This document shows positions 13,101 to 27,700 of a DNA stretch of 64,000 nt, piece after piece. Each line of letters starts with the position of its first letter. Positions within the stretch are counted from its first letter, which is position 1. A model generated the notes under the pieces. That model saw nothing but the letters and a program-made list of their open reading frames with translations. It made no database searches and was not told the DNA's origin. Where the stretch lies: assembly GCA_030141605.1 (NCBI GenBank), contig JAQGDQ010000392.1, forward strand, positions 1 through 64,000, in the 5' to 3' direction. This DNA comes from Tubiluchus corallicola (lineage: Eukaryota > Animalia > Priapulida). The position numbers and the translations under genes are program-made.

Positions 13101-15670
13101 CCATTGACATAACGTGTTAATGATTTTAGGTCACCTTAACTAGTAACCACGGTTTTCTTAACCCACTGTGTAGTAACGAAATTGAATTACTTTTTGCATT
13201 TATGTTTAGGATATTTTGGCATTTTTTGTGCAGTTTTCACACATATAAAATGAAGAATCAGAGTTTTATTTTTGGCTTTCTAAAATATTTTATTGGTAAT
13301 GACGGTGCAATATTGCAATTAATTAAATTTTAACGTTGAACTTGAAAGGCAAAAAGTGAAAAAGTTGGAGTGCAGCCCAGATTTGAACCAGGGACCTTCT
13401 GCTTATATTGCCGATGCTTAAGGCCTTTAGTAATTAATAATTACCTCATTTGGTAAATTACACAAATAATATGTTAACATATTTATACTTTTGTTTTTAA
13501 TGTAGCTACAGCAGGCCCAAAAAGGTAGTCAGTTCTGATCCACAACCGATATTGCCATCCATAACAATTGGCATTCAGCGACCAAGCGTACAGATGGACG
13601 TACATGGAGCACAAAAGAGAGGCTCTTTGTTTTCCATAAGATCTTTTTCTAGCAGGAAAAGTTCTATTTGTACTAGCAAAGGAGAGTCTGCCAAACACGT
13701 AAGTAATTAATTATATTTTTATTTTGCCATTTTAAGATCAGTCAAGTATAGTAAAGCATTCACACTTTTAAATTTTAAGTTTTTAACTGTTTTGTTTTTT
13801 GTTTAGTAGGTTGTGTGATTTTGATAGCAGTAATATGAGAATTAATGCGTCTTGCAGTGACTTTCGACTACATCTTTCTATTACTGCTAAACGGAAAAAT
13901 CTTTTTCTTAGGTAGTAGATGAGGATGGTTACGATGTGACACCGCTGCCATTGCTTCCCCATGGTGGTCCAATTTCTGGAAGTGCAGGACCCCAAAAATT
14001 CTTCGCTGCTTCCGACAGTGCACATGTAATAAATTTACTTCACTCTTAGAATCAGTTTTAGCCCAGCATTGTTTTTACATGTGGTGCATTTATATGAATA
14101 TGGCTGCATCTATTTGAGTCAGACACAGGTGCATATTTTCACACTTACATACTAACATTATGTAACAAACGTATGTAACATATGTAACTTTATTCCTACA
14201 GAATAGGTTCACAAGGTCATCCTGAAAATTGATGTGTACATGCATGACCTCAGTATATGTGCACCCACGTGTACAACGCACCTATTCTAAGAAGCAAGCT
14301 CTGAGAAGCCAATAATGTTGCTTTCTCAACTTCAAATATCCAAGCCAATTTTAATGATAAAAGGCGCACTGCATATTGTATTTATTGTCAGTATTTCTGA
14401 GAAACAAAATAATGTTTCAAAGTGTAATACCCTATTCATGGGACCTACTGAAATAACATCTTCTCAGTTCACGTAGCTTTCAGCCTGTGGTTGGTGGATA
14501 GCTTCTCCTTTGGAGCATACTCGCTATACAATAGCATTCATATATCATCATTAGTATTTCTAAGAAAACCAGTTTACTGTCAACATGATTACTATGATAC
14601 CTGTCAACACCATCGTTTTCGTACGTAGCTGTTGTTGCAGTAATTAAATGTTTATCTTTTTTTACATTTTTGGTGTGTACTGATATTACAAAAGATATTG
14701 TTGCTGATGTTTCTGCATTTTTTTGGTTTGATTTTAAAAGTTGTGTAGGGTGGAATTATGAATTAGCTTGAGTTCACCAAGTCATTCACTAGTTTATATT
14801 ATATTTTGTACTGATTACTTTTTAAGGTACTTACAAGTTTTACAAAAACTAGGTGATAGCTCTAGGTTTAAAAAACTAGTGACACTTTTCTACTAGAAGT
14901 TCAATGCTTAGAAAAAGTAACTATTGTGTAATTGGTTGCCTTCATTTACTTCATCACATTGACAGTACACATGTATTTGGTGTTTCAAACTGCCTGTACA
15001 AAAAAAGGTCTGTTCTGCATATACAAGGGTGATATATTACTTGAGTGTGCATTTTGGTACTTAACAAGCATGTTAACAATGTTGATTTGGACGTTACTTT
15101 GCTGTATTTTATTTAGGCATCACAAACTTCCATGTACAAAGCAACTGCAGCTAGTATAATGGGGGGACCATTTTCCAGGTGAGTACACTGTGTCTTTAAA
15201 AAAACTTTCATAAAGTTTAGTTGCATGTTGCTTAATAACACTTGTTTATTACGAGTTGGGAATTTTGCATAATGTAAATGTGGCGGAATTTAACAAAAAA
15301 AGTGCCGTTCTGGGGTATATGTACCGGCCATTACCCTCTCTATGATTGGAAATCAAATTTCGAGCTCTGTTACGCCCCTGGTAAACATGCATAGATGTGA
15401 GCATTGAAACTGTATTCAATTTCACGAAGAACGATAGAGAAGTAACACTTTGATCTTTGAAATTGTTGGGAGTTGCCCCAAAAATTCACCCTAGAGGGAA
15501 AATTTAAGAGAAACTCTCCTTTACCTTGTCGGTAGTTTCCCCAGTGAACATGCAGGCCAGGGCCGGCCTTAAGCATAGGCAAACTAGGCAACCGCCTAGG
15601 GCCTCACCCTCCAGGGGGGCCTCACGCCGAGGTAACATTTTTTTGCTTTATGCAAACATACTGCCTCCCC

Positions 15671-15711
<41 letters not shown>

Positions 15712-18700
15712 TTGATTTAGATATAAATACAGGTGGTTTTTAATAAATTGCGTAATTTTATTTTTTTCGTATTCATTTTTTATTTTTCTATTTCATTTGG
15801 GGCCACCAAATTCTCTTCGCCTTGGGCCTCCAATTACCTAAGGCCGGCCCTGTGCAGGCCTACCAGATCTGCTCATGATTTGATCTGAGAAGCCATAGCA
15901 CTTTATGGATTTTTCAAACCCGCCATAGGAGAAATCAAAATTCAGCCTATCTTATGCCCTTGGTATGCATGCGCTGATGTTAATATCGAAAACTGCTTTC
16001 AATTTCAAGAACTGACAGAGAAAATAATACTTTTAAATTTTTGCATTTGGTAAAACCTATGGCTGGTGCAAAAATTAAAAAATCTGATTGTTTAACTGTT
16101 TAGCTGTTTTATTATTTCTTTTAAAAACTTAACATGTTCAGACATGTGATTAACTAATTGATCAGTTCAATCTTATGATATCTGGGTTCGAATTTTGTCC
16201 CTTTTCAGGTTAAGATTTAAAAAAGTAGGCTGCCTTGGTAGGCTTGGTAGCTTTTACAGCAACAGTATTAAATTGTGATTTTATGATTTTGTTTGCATAT
16301 TTAAGGCCTGCCTGTCATTTCTGTGCGTTTGTATGTTTAACTGATATAGATATGTAGCTACTGATAAAATGTATAATTGCATATTTAAATATTTGTTCTA
16401 CATTTTTCACTGGTATTAAAATTTTGGCCATTAATTGCTTGCTATAGTAACTCCCACACATTGTTGCATTTGTTATAGATCTGTTTTTGTGAGCCAAGAC
16501 AAAGCAGGTGCACATGCGCCATCATCAATTGTGGGCTCCATGTTCCAAAGTATAGAATCCATTAATGTGTTTGATGAAAAACAAGATTTGGGCAGTAAGT
16601 TTGTATTACTGTGTTAGACAAGCCAGACATATTGACATTTTTGTAGGTTAGTTCTATTTATGGCTTTATTCTTGGAAAAAGTTGCGAAGTTTCACTTTAT
16701 GTCATAGGTTTCATTGTACATCATCGTGATGAGGAGCCTGAAGAATTAACAGAGGAAGATTTACAGAAGATGATCAATATAAACTTGTCAGAAACTGAAA
16801 CATTTTGGCATCTTGATCTTCCTGGTACAGCTGTATCGATAGAAACTGAAGAAGCTGTCCTTGTTAGAGAACAAAATCACTTGTATGAAAAGGTGTGATC
16901 AGAATATAACCATCTGTCTCATTTATGTGCCCAAACGAAGGTATTGGCATTTCACAGAGGTGCCCTATTTAACTTCTCTTGGTAAAGTAGTTCCCATGGT
17001 TGAATTTTCAGTGTAATGACTCATGAAAATGCTGCATTTTCTGAATTTTAGAGTCTTTGACACGTTCAGAGGCTAACTTCAGGATCCAAGGGGGATATAT
17101 TTTAAATTTTCTTGTTAGTATAAATAATCTAAACAATGTTCTAAATAATCATTGTCGTTATTAAACTTTTCTTATAGTTATCTCTCTCTTTACAGATGTT
17201 GTATGGTTAATAAGCCAATTCCTCTACTAATTTAATAGGATAGGATTAGCTTCGAGCCTAATTGCTAATTAATTCTTTCACATTTGTTTTGTACTAAATA
17301 GTTATGCAAGTCAAGGCCTGGCAACGATAGATATGTGGAACGAGAAATGAACACATTCAACAATCCACTGAAAAAGAAATTTGTACAGACTCGTTCAGTC
17401 ACTAAAGTAGATGGAAGTTGTAATACGACCACGTGGGACTTGCATGATGCTTTTGCTGCAGCACAAGAGTCTGAAAATGGTAAAAACAAAAAGGTTCAGT
17501 TGCCTAAGGTCTGGGCCTAGGGCTGGAATGTTAAGTGGCACCGGAAAAATAAAGCATAGATTTTGTTTTAGTTTTAGCTTTTTTGGTTTCGTATGTGGAC
17601 ACTGACAGCTTACACTGTTTCTGTTTTGTAGTTTTGTAAACTGTTTTATCTGAAGTTGGAAAAATATTTTAAGTCATGAGCTTAAGTTTGATCATGAACT
17701 GCATGCTTCATGTGTAAATCTATAAATTAAGGTAAAAGGTGCAAATAATATTAAAGAGAAACTACCAAAATAGGAATTTAATAAGGAACCTGAATCTTAA
17801 AGCTTTTTCTTAAATTACTGCAGTTTTGTAGATATGAAAATAGATTTAGTTAATCAGACCAAGTTTTATTACTACTAACGATATTTTGCTGAAACAACTG
17901 CTCCCTTCATCAGATTACGTAGAATTAATCACATGGAATTCCAGAATAGTTGTAAATGAATTACATCGCATGTTAAAATGGAATGACAGAATGGTTACTG
18001 TGATAGATGGAAGACACTTTTCCCAAAATACAGTAGAATTCACTTGATAAATCTGCGAGTAATAAATCAAGCCGCTGGCTGTGGCCACCGTTGCTGGAAC
18101 GGAACTGTATAATGCTTTGACCGAGCAAAATCCGCTGTTTATTAAATCCATACTTCACTTTATAAATAAGGCTTGCAGCTGTGAAGACAATAAAATTGTG
18201 ACGTAAGACCACATGATTGTCCTGCCTTTTAGCTTGAGCTAGGTCAGTGTACACAATGTCTTTAGCTGTGTAATTTACACGTTACAATGCAGAAACATGA
18301 CTCAAGCACAATATGAAAGATTTAATTACGTTAAACTGATTCTTGTTGACAAATTTTGTGTGACAATGTCAATGATACAAATAGTTGACTGCTGAATCAT
18401 CACTGTCATTAAGGTTACATGTTTTGCATTTTTTAAATTGGCAAACAGTTTATAACATTGTGTTACGGGGGCGGAATGCCTTTAATTTTGGAACCCCCTC
18501 CTCTTCATTGTGATGGTTCGATCCTTAGCGAAGCCATTGTATATCAGCATTGCACAGCAGCAATAAATAGCTGGTATGGAATCGCCTCGTCGGTTCAGTT
18601 GGCAGATGGATAGGTGCGTTTACAACATAAGCACCTGGTCTGTAATCGTGATCAGCATGAGGAATGCAGAAAAAGATTCTGGCTAGTTGTCATCCTAATT

Positions 18701-21700
18701 TTCTGTTTAAATTTTCATATTTCTTCTCTATTTTCACATCTACAATATTTGTCTGTAACATGGTTTGACTGATCCAGATTTGAACCATGGACCTCTTGAC
18801 CGCCTCCGCAACAATAGTAAGGTCATAGATAAACAAGACATACTTTACCTGAGTTACTATAATTATACAAATGCTAATAAATTATAGCATTATATTTAAA
18901 AACTTTTTCAAGTGGTTTACTGGGTGGTTCTGGATTTTTAGTTAAACAATACGCATTTTAATAACATAGAAAATGCTACTTAATAGGTCTCTTCAGCTTA
19001 TAAATGTAGCCGCTTAAATCAGTATACTGTGTCGTTAATTCTAATAAATCTTGTTATGATTATCTACCTGTCTATGTTTATTATGTATACATGTCACCAC
19101 TTATTAATTTATAGAAATGAATTGCCAAATTTGTATTACTGTTTATAACTTTGTTTGCTTACGACATGCAGATGCCGCTAATTAATCCGTATTGATTGCA
19201 TCGTGTTGTAGAAATTCAAGATGCTGAAGAAAAGGATTTCTTTGATCTGCTTGCCTTGTCCACGCTAAAGTCTCAACGTGGATCTATTGTGGATGATGTG
19301 CAAGAAGATGTTAAAACAGCAGAAACTCTTCAAACTTTAGGCAAGTTTAGGTCATAAATGTAGTGTAAACAATCTTATTATAATTATCTTCCTGAAATTG
19401 AGGTTTTAAGTGGCGAGAACAAAAAATATAATGAGTAGATACCCAGTAAAAATAAACATGTACCTGTACATTGCTGACAACTGAATGATCATTCTTTGGC
19501 TCTTTTTTCGAGATTACATTATTTTACAAAAAAAGCCCTCATTGAGTTTATTTTGACAGACACATATTGTTTTATAGGTTAAAGTAGCGAAAACTCAGAA
19601 CACCATAAGAACACTGACGAATCTGTCTTTAAATCTCGGCAGTCACATTTTTTTGTGGAATTTAAACAACATACTGTTTCTTTAGTGTTAATATACCTTG
19701 CAATTGCTAGAAGGTGAAACTTTGACAACGGCAAATTTGGGTTTAACTGGAAATAAAAAAAGTCCAAATTAAGGGCTGATTGCAATTTAAGGATGAGGAG
19801 AAAAATGTTTTCTCTGCAGGTTTGGAGAGAATGAATAGCTTTCTTTCAAGGGTTTTTCGGTAATGGATTTATTTGTTGGAATAGTAGCTTTCTAGTGTTG
19901 AGAAAGGCCATTCTTGAATTTGTCTTTGGGCTTAGCAAAAGCAAATTTAGTTGCGTGTTCATAAAGCTCATTCTGCATCTATTTGTTTTACTCTGCTCTT
20001 ACTGCTTTACTTCAAGGTTATGTTTTGAAATTTGATATGAAGATACGTATTCTACGAAATCACCACATTTATAGCGCTGCAATGAAATTCTTGAATGTAA
20101 ACTCTTTCAATAACCCGAACTTCCCATCTTGTGATACCCGGTGAGAACGGGAACAAGATTAGTGGTCGGCGATTTCATATTTTTTTCCAAGCAACGCCAA
20201 GCACTCACGATAATGTAAATAGCATAATCTGTAAAGAGTTTAATATATAGAACGACCTGTACTATATTACCTTGTGGTGACTCAGGTAACACAGTAATTA
20301 TACAGTAGGCACCCTTTATTAGATTCACTGTTAATAGAAACAGTTGCTTAATTGACTCAAAAACTCAAAAATTCTGGTACGGGCCGCTCCTATTCAAATG
20401 TATATAAAAACTGTCAGCGATTGACTCACGTAACATAACTGCGCATAACTGACTAAAATTTTTGTTTCGGGGACTCAAAATAAAACATCTGTGTGTAATC
20501 AAAGAGCTTTTACTACTCTTGTGTCATTTTTTTCTTCGCTTTTGTGCACTATAATGTACGTAGAAACAGCCGTGTTAGGTACCATTTTGTTTCTAAGCAG
20601 GTACATTTATATGCTAGCGTACCATTTTTACATTGATACTATCACTAGCTTGGCTGGTGCAATTGAACTTGTTGCCCAAGAATTTGCATTTCTACAGATG
20701 TAAATGTCACAGAGCACAGAGCAACTAAGAGCACAGAGTTAATTTTGACAAATAGAAGATAAAGATAAAAACCTAACATTTAAAGTTCTCGAGGCTTTGC
20801 AGCATTTTCTAAGCTGAAGAGTGATGACTCTCACTTGTATACCAGCAAAACTAGATCCGTTGGCTAACAGATTCAGTCCATTAATCAGATTATAACTCTT
20901 CCATCCGAAAGTGAGTCTGCTAAGTGGTGCCTACTGTAGCAAATAAAATGTAGGATACCATATACGCAAACATTTTAGTACTATAGCATTCTACTCAATT
21001 GTCTCCTCGTAGTTTTTTTACATATTTCTAATATGTTTTAACAAGTGCATTTTTTGAGATAGATGAATCAGAAGAAAGTAAGACAAGTGTGAGCACAGAT
21101 ATTTCTCTTATAGGCAGCACTGCCTCTGCCCATCACTCTGAACAGGAGAAACAAATTCTTGAGGTAACCATTGTTGTCTAATCACACTGTATTATATTGT
21201 TGCATGGTTATTTTGTTAAAGTCTCAGACAGCTGTTAATTTCTAATATTTTATTCGAGTTACAAAAAGTCGGACCGATTTTCTAGCAACAAATTAGCTAG
21301 CTGTTCTTGCTGTATCTTGTTTTTGTGGGCTGTTTTTACTTTTACTAAATTTCTTTGACGCTGTTGGTTAATTTGCTGTTTTGCAATAGAGAGTGTTGTT
21401 TAGTTTGTTTGTTGTGTCGCTCACAACAATACGAACTTCTGAAACTGTAAACGTTGAAAAGAGTGATGTTTCAAACATAGCTATTAAATTGTTTACTGAA
21501 AAAGCACTGAATTTATTTTTAAATCAATTATGTCACATTTTAGGCAGAGAACTTTAAAGAGCATTTATTTGTGATGGAAAGAATCGTCAATGTAAATTTG
21601 CTGCAGACAAAACAAGCTATCTATCGAGGGCAACCGGTTATCAGGGGTAAGTCATCATAATTAAAGTTTTTTTACCATGGAGTTGATGGAAAGTGATTGT

Positions 21701-24700
21701 GCAAACCACAATATAACATTCCAGCCCATTCCAATGCCTGTTTTGTTTCATTAAGTTAATTAGCATTTTTTCATTTAACACAAAAACTAAAATGTGCCGA
21801 TTTTAGTTTTTGTGTTAACATTAGACAAAGATTGCAAATTTGCAATTGGAATAGTTAGTGTTACTTAATTATACCTAACATTGTCCTTGATATTAAATAT
21901 CTATATTGCTATGAGTGATGGTTGCTAAGGTCTAGGATTTTGAACCACTATAATTGTTATATTCACTGTAAACATAAACTCTCATTCAGGAAAAAGATGA
22001 AAAACCTTTGTTTTTTAGAAGAACTGTTTTTTACGTATGAATTCTGGGAGAAGTGTTTGTATGAATTGTAATGTGCATTCCTTGTGAGGTATACTGAGTT
22101 GAATCACTTTATCAGGTCTTTCAAAAATCACTCACTAATCTATTTCAATTTTCTTACAGCTAATTTTCTATGATGTTCGTCCTGTGGTAAACTTTTATTC
22201 AGTATTTGAGAATTTTTTAAAACCTACATGTAAAGTTTTCCAGCGTTTTTTCTGCTTCCAAACCTACAAGGAGAGTAGAGACGTAAAATCACTACCTGTC
22301 TGTATATAGGAAATATAGGTGTAAAATTGCTGAAGAAATCTTATACATTCAAATTTGATGTCACCAAAATTCTGAAGAATTGTAGACCCAGCAACTGAAC
22401 GTCATTTCATTTCTCTTGTAGTTACTATTTTCATAAATTTTTAAAACAATGAGGATCTTAGAAAGGCCCTTTGTAATGAAAACTTGAAATGTAAATAATT
22501 TAACAATGTGTTTACGGAGGTTTCATTGTGTGAATACACTCGTGTCTCACATCTCGGATGAAGCGGGGAGATGTCTTTTCGAATTTGCCAGTTGTTCGTA
22601 TTTCCTGATACTACGCTAATACTGTAGGTGCCGTGTTATTAGACTCTCGGTAATTTAGAATCAATCACCTGATTGTCTCATCAACGCCTAGTACAGGCAA
22701 CTCCTGATATACAAGCTACATGTGTTTCGTTACACACTGCTTGGTTGCAGTGATGTAAACAAAGTGACGGCCTGCCAACTAGCGGTCAGCTTGCGGAATA
22801 ACAGACTGTGTCTGTAGTATGCTATACTTTTAGCCATGCAGATTTTGTCCAATTTTTCCGATATCCGTAAAAGCGTATCCGAGATATGAGTATACGAGTG
22901 TACAGTCTTTTTTATTTTGCTCTTGTAGTTTTGTGCATGGTTTCATTCATCTATTTGACTAACAGCTTTTCTTACTTTATGTTTGAATATAGATGTTGAT
23001 AAACCTACAGGTGTGTTGGAACACACTCACAGTTTTCAGCAAGTAGGTGCTTGCATTGATAAGCTATGGGATTATGTTTGCGCTGAGAGTAAAGGACATC
23101 CTGTTAGTTGCATGAGATGGAATCCAGTTAATCATGTACGTTCACAATTATAACACATTTCTTTACACACACCAGAGCAGGGACTACTGAAGACATTATG
23201 CACTGAGTGGGATGGAACACTAACCATTGCGTGTAAAAAAATGTGCAGGCCGATACGCCATGGGAAGGTTTCCGTTTTTGCAGCATTTTCATCTATGTTG
23301 TCGCGCAAATCTGTAATTTTTTGATTTTTTAATTTTTAGAATCAGTCAAATTAGGCCTACTTTATGTAAAAAGTTCGTGTGAAGAAATGCTGAAACTGAT
23401 TTAGTTGTATCATAGTTTGCCATCACAGTGCATTGCTTTATAGAAGTAGGAAATGTAGTGTTGTTGTGTAAACTGATGACCCAAATTAATTAATAGCCTG
23501 CGGTCAAAAAATGTGTTATGGTGCAGTGGCCCCGTACTACCCGAGTTGTCTTGTCTTAGAAACTGTAGTTTCGGTATTATTGAAGGGTAACAATTGAATA
23601 TACTAGGACCTTTACTATCTGTGCAGTCCAGTTCTAAAAGGTCTGAAAACTCTGGATAATTGAGTAATGGATCATATGGTTAGTTTAATAACTTCAACGT
23701 TGACAAAATATTATTGTTATGCTTATTTATGAAGTTAATTTACGTTTGGAAATATATGTTTTAACGCTGCATTCCGCAACTGTCAATGTATATGTTGGCG
23801 TCCTGGCATTATTCACACTATTACAGTTAATGTTAAAATTGCTGCAAATTTCATAATTAAGGCATTTTAGCCAGTTTTTCTTTAGAAAAGGTAGAAGGGT
23901 CTTCTATAAAACAACGCAAGCAAGAGATGTAAGCATGCACAGAGCTATACTTTGCTTCAGTACTGTATGGCAGTTAAAATGGATACAACTATGAATCGCA
24001 GTTTTTGCAATCTAGTCAGCACGAGTTGGTCCAGATAATCAAGGTCCTACTGTCAACAGTTTTGACACTTCTGTAAATAAGATCTCCCAAATCTTCGTGA
24101 TTTTTTCCACCGCTTTTCTGTTCGTCCATTTCACAGTGCTTCTCCGCAAATTTAGCACATGCCTAGTTGCTAAATTATGGTATATGGGCTACTGCGGTAA
24201 ACACCTCCTTACAAACTGCATTGCAGCTGCCTAAGTTATTACCTGGTACAGAGTAAAAGATGAATATTATTTTACAATTGTTGCATTTTAGGATTTGCTA
24301 GCAGTTTCGTATGGTGAACAAAGTTTTATACCACAGAATGAAGGACTAGTGTGTTGCTGGACAGTCAAGAATCCACAGTATCCGGAGAAAATATACGGCT
24401 CACCTGTTGCTGCCACTGCAGTGGCATTCTCCAGAGTTAACCCAAATATACTAGCGGTGAGGTGAATCTCTTATAAGTTCTAGTTAGAAATTGACAAAAT
24501 GATTGTTCAGCTTTTTGCATGGATAACAAATGGACAGAAGAAAACTATTTTGATTGCTCTAAATTTAAATTTTTGTCATATTTTTCATCAAACTTTTTTA
24601 ACTTTTGCATATATAGTGCTGCCATCTTCAGGTATTCTTGTTAAAATTGTTAAATCTTGCTCTTTACCGTTTAAATTTCATTGGCTTTTACAGTCTTTAT

Positions 24701-27700
24701 GAATGCATAATTTCTAAACCTGTTTTCGCACCTAACGGATTTTACATGTAATTTTAATCAAATGTTTTTTGCTTTTCAACATGACATTACTTTGCTGATT
24801 ATGTAGAAATTTCAGAATAAAATCTTAAAAACTAGATTTCAGTTTTTTTGGTTTCTTCAAGCCAACAGGTAAATGTTTTCTTCGCTCTTTTCTCAACCAT
24901 TTATTCCAGTCAATCATCATTTTTAAACAATGGCTAAATTTAGTGGAGGAATTGTTTGAATAGATATTTTTTCAATTTAGGGACCCCATGCAGTGAACTA
25001 GAAAATGGTCTAAGTGGCCTGATTATGATGAGGACGGTCTAGTTGTTCTTATAAACACTATCAAAAAGTTTTATGCCTTCAATTCTTTTTTGTTTACCTA
25101 TATGCTTTTATCAGGTTGGGCGACATGACGGCACTCTAGCAATATTTGATGTTCGCAGTGACTTAATGGAACCTGTCTTAGACAGTTGGTATGTTGACTA
25201 GCATTTATAGTATCATCTTTTGTCATGTGTAAATTATACTATCCTACAGTATCTACAGTGGACAGCAATTATTATGTCCATCTTCTACAGTGGACAAGAT
25301 CTGCATTAGTTGCAAATAGAAATAGTAAAATAACAACTCATTGAATGTGGTAGCATTGAATATTGAATTGTATTAAAAAGCCAGTATTGGTTAACAGAAA
25401 GAGAATGGAGAATAGCTGAGTGGTTATGATATGTGCTTAGTGAATAAAGTTAAGCATTGCAGAACTTGGCCAAGAACTGGATGAGTGACTGTCGGGAAGA
25501 CTACTTACGGGAGAAGATTGCCCTGTCATGATGACCTCGACTATTTGCCTCAAACATCTGCATCTAAGAGACACTTCTGCTGGTACACTGTCTCATCTTA
25601 GAAAACTATTATTGCCAATGAACTAGATTCTAGTCTTGCCACGAGCATCAGTATTAAATATGCCCCTCCCCCTCCGTTCAATGTTGGATTCTGGCTTGCA
25701 AAGTGCCACACTGTTAAACTGTAATTTACAACGGTTTAGTTATGGGCCACTATCATAATCATTATTATAGTGACACTGGTAGAAAACACACTGCTCCTAT
25801 TTGGCAACTAGAGTGGATAGAGAAGGAAAAAGCTTCTGGAGAAATCCTTGAAGTGCTTATCTCTGTGTCAAATGATGGTCAGATGTTAGCTTGGTCTCTC
25901 AAGAAAGGACTGGAATGTTCAGGTAAAGTTATTAGCTTATTCGTTTCGCTTGGGAGTGTTGTTTCAAAACATAGCTAGATGGAATGAGGTGACACTTTTT
26001 GTATTTATGTATTCTAGTGGAGCAGCCAGTAAAATCATGTCTAAGTATTGGACTGCCATACAGAGATTCAGTTGAGATCTAAATTCCATTGAAGCGTTAT
26101 TACTAATAACTTTCCCACAATGATATTTTGTAAAGCGATAGTTTTTTTATTTTCATAACTTGTCAGTTTGGTTGCATGTATACATATATAAACTTTTAAG
26201 TTGCATCAATGTAGGACTAAAATAAGCAATTTGCCTGTGCAAGTTAAATAAATTTTTCACCCAAAAAGACTTTCCTAGGCGGTCTGTAATTCGTTAATCT
26301 AAATATATGCTTCAAAATAGTATAATTGTGTTTCATGTAAGGTCAGTGAAGTATTGCATGATGTGCTAACTGAATGAAAACAAAACAGGACCCAATTTTA
26401 AATTGCAGGTCAAAATAATCTACTCTTTAAAATATTGAAAGGAAACATACTATTTTTTCAAAAATGACTTATGTGAAAGATTTATTACCACACAAGTGCA
26501 ATTTTGAATTTGCGCCATTAGTTCTTCGCTGTTACATGCATTTTGTCATTAGCTAGTTAGACGGGCACTAGCACCTGCATTTCGGGAACGCATTGCACGA
26601 AAACAGGTTCTGTACCTCTCAATTCAGATGTGTTAGTTTATGATAAAGTACACCCGTTTGACATCTCATGCGTGAGCACAGCGGTAAATTTGAAATCTGA
26701 ATTTTTATCTTAAAACTTGCCTAGTTTTAGTACAACGCACTGAATATCTTACAGTAGCACTGTACTTCAATTTTCACTGTTGCAAACATGTGCAACACGC
26801 TCGTGGAATATTTTTGTTGTTGAAAATTATGTTAGTTTGTGATGTCATCAATTGTTGGGCTCGCCCACCCGTTAATTAAGTTTCTGATCTATTATTTATT
26901 TATCAGAAACGCTTTTGCATTATTAATCGTGTTAAAATGTATACTTTTTATCCGACCTGAAAATGGGCTAGTATATGAAAAATAATCTTATCTTCCTTTA
27001 ACTCATGATGGTAGTCGTACAATAAATGTGATTTAGTGCCGTTTTGTCTGCATTCAGCTGGTTATTACCAGTCTTTCTGTAGCTATGCAGCTTATCTAGA
27101 TCTGACCATTTTGTTCGATCATTTTTTATTTAAGTTCTCATGAAGCTGACCAGGGTTTCTGTAGCCGTTCAGAGACAAGCGAAGAACAAAAAGGGTGAAG
27201 CATTTGTTTCTAGAACAGTTGGTGGCTACTGCTTTGATTTTCAACCCAACGATTTCAACTCGTAAGATGCAAATGCGTTGATTACTTACTGCTTTCTGAC
27301 TTGAATAATGATGATTGTAACAGAAAATATTTTACACTAATTAATTTTGTAAAGGATAAATTATTTATTGTTTTTTTTTCATAAAGCAACTTGTCAAAGC
27401 TACACTAGCTACGAATGTACTACATATATACAATTCCAGTACAGCAGCAAACTTATAGCTATTGTAATTTATTACTGCCGACTAAAGCTTTACAACTGTG
27501 CTTTACAACTTTAGCCTGTTCTACAATCTCAGTCAGTCCATTTATCATTCCTTTTTCTAACGCATGAATTCTTGTAAACAGGTCCGAATTTCTTTAGGTA
27601 TTTAGTGGGAACAGATGAAGGATTTGTCCATAAATGCTCGTGTTCTTATAATGAGCAGTACTTGGAAACATATAAAGGACATCAGGTAACTGATATGCAA

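Noticed and set aside
13370-13420. tRNA gene (B-box GGTTCAAATC on the minus strand; similar at ~18515 and ~18780)
   Set aside because: No complete cloverleaf; probably SINE head fragments.
19578-19650. Extra DNAI4 exon after TTTTATAG
   Set aside because: Phase-1 entry gives an immediate stop; the flanking exons already join in frame.
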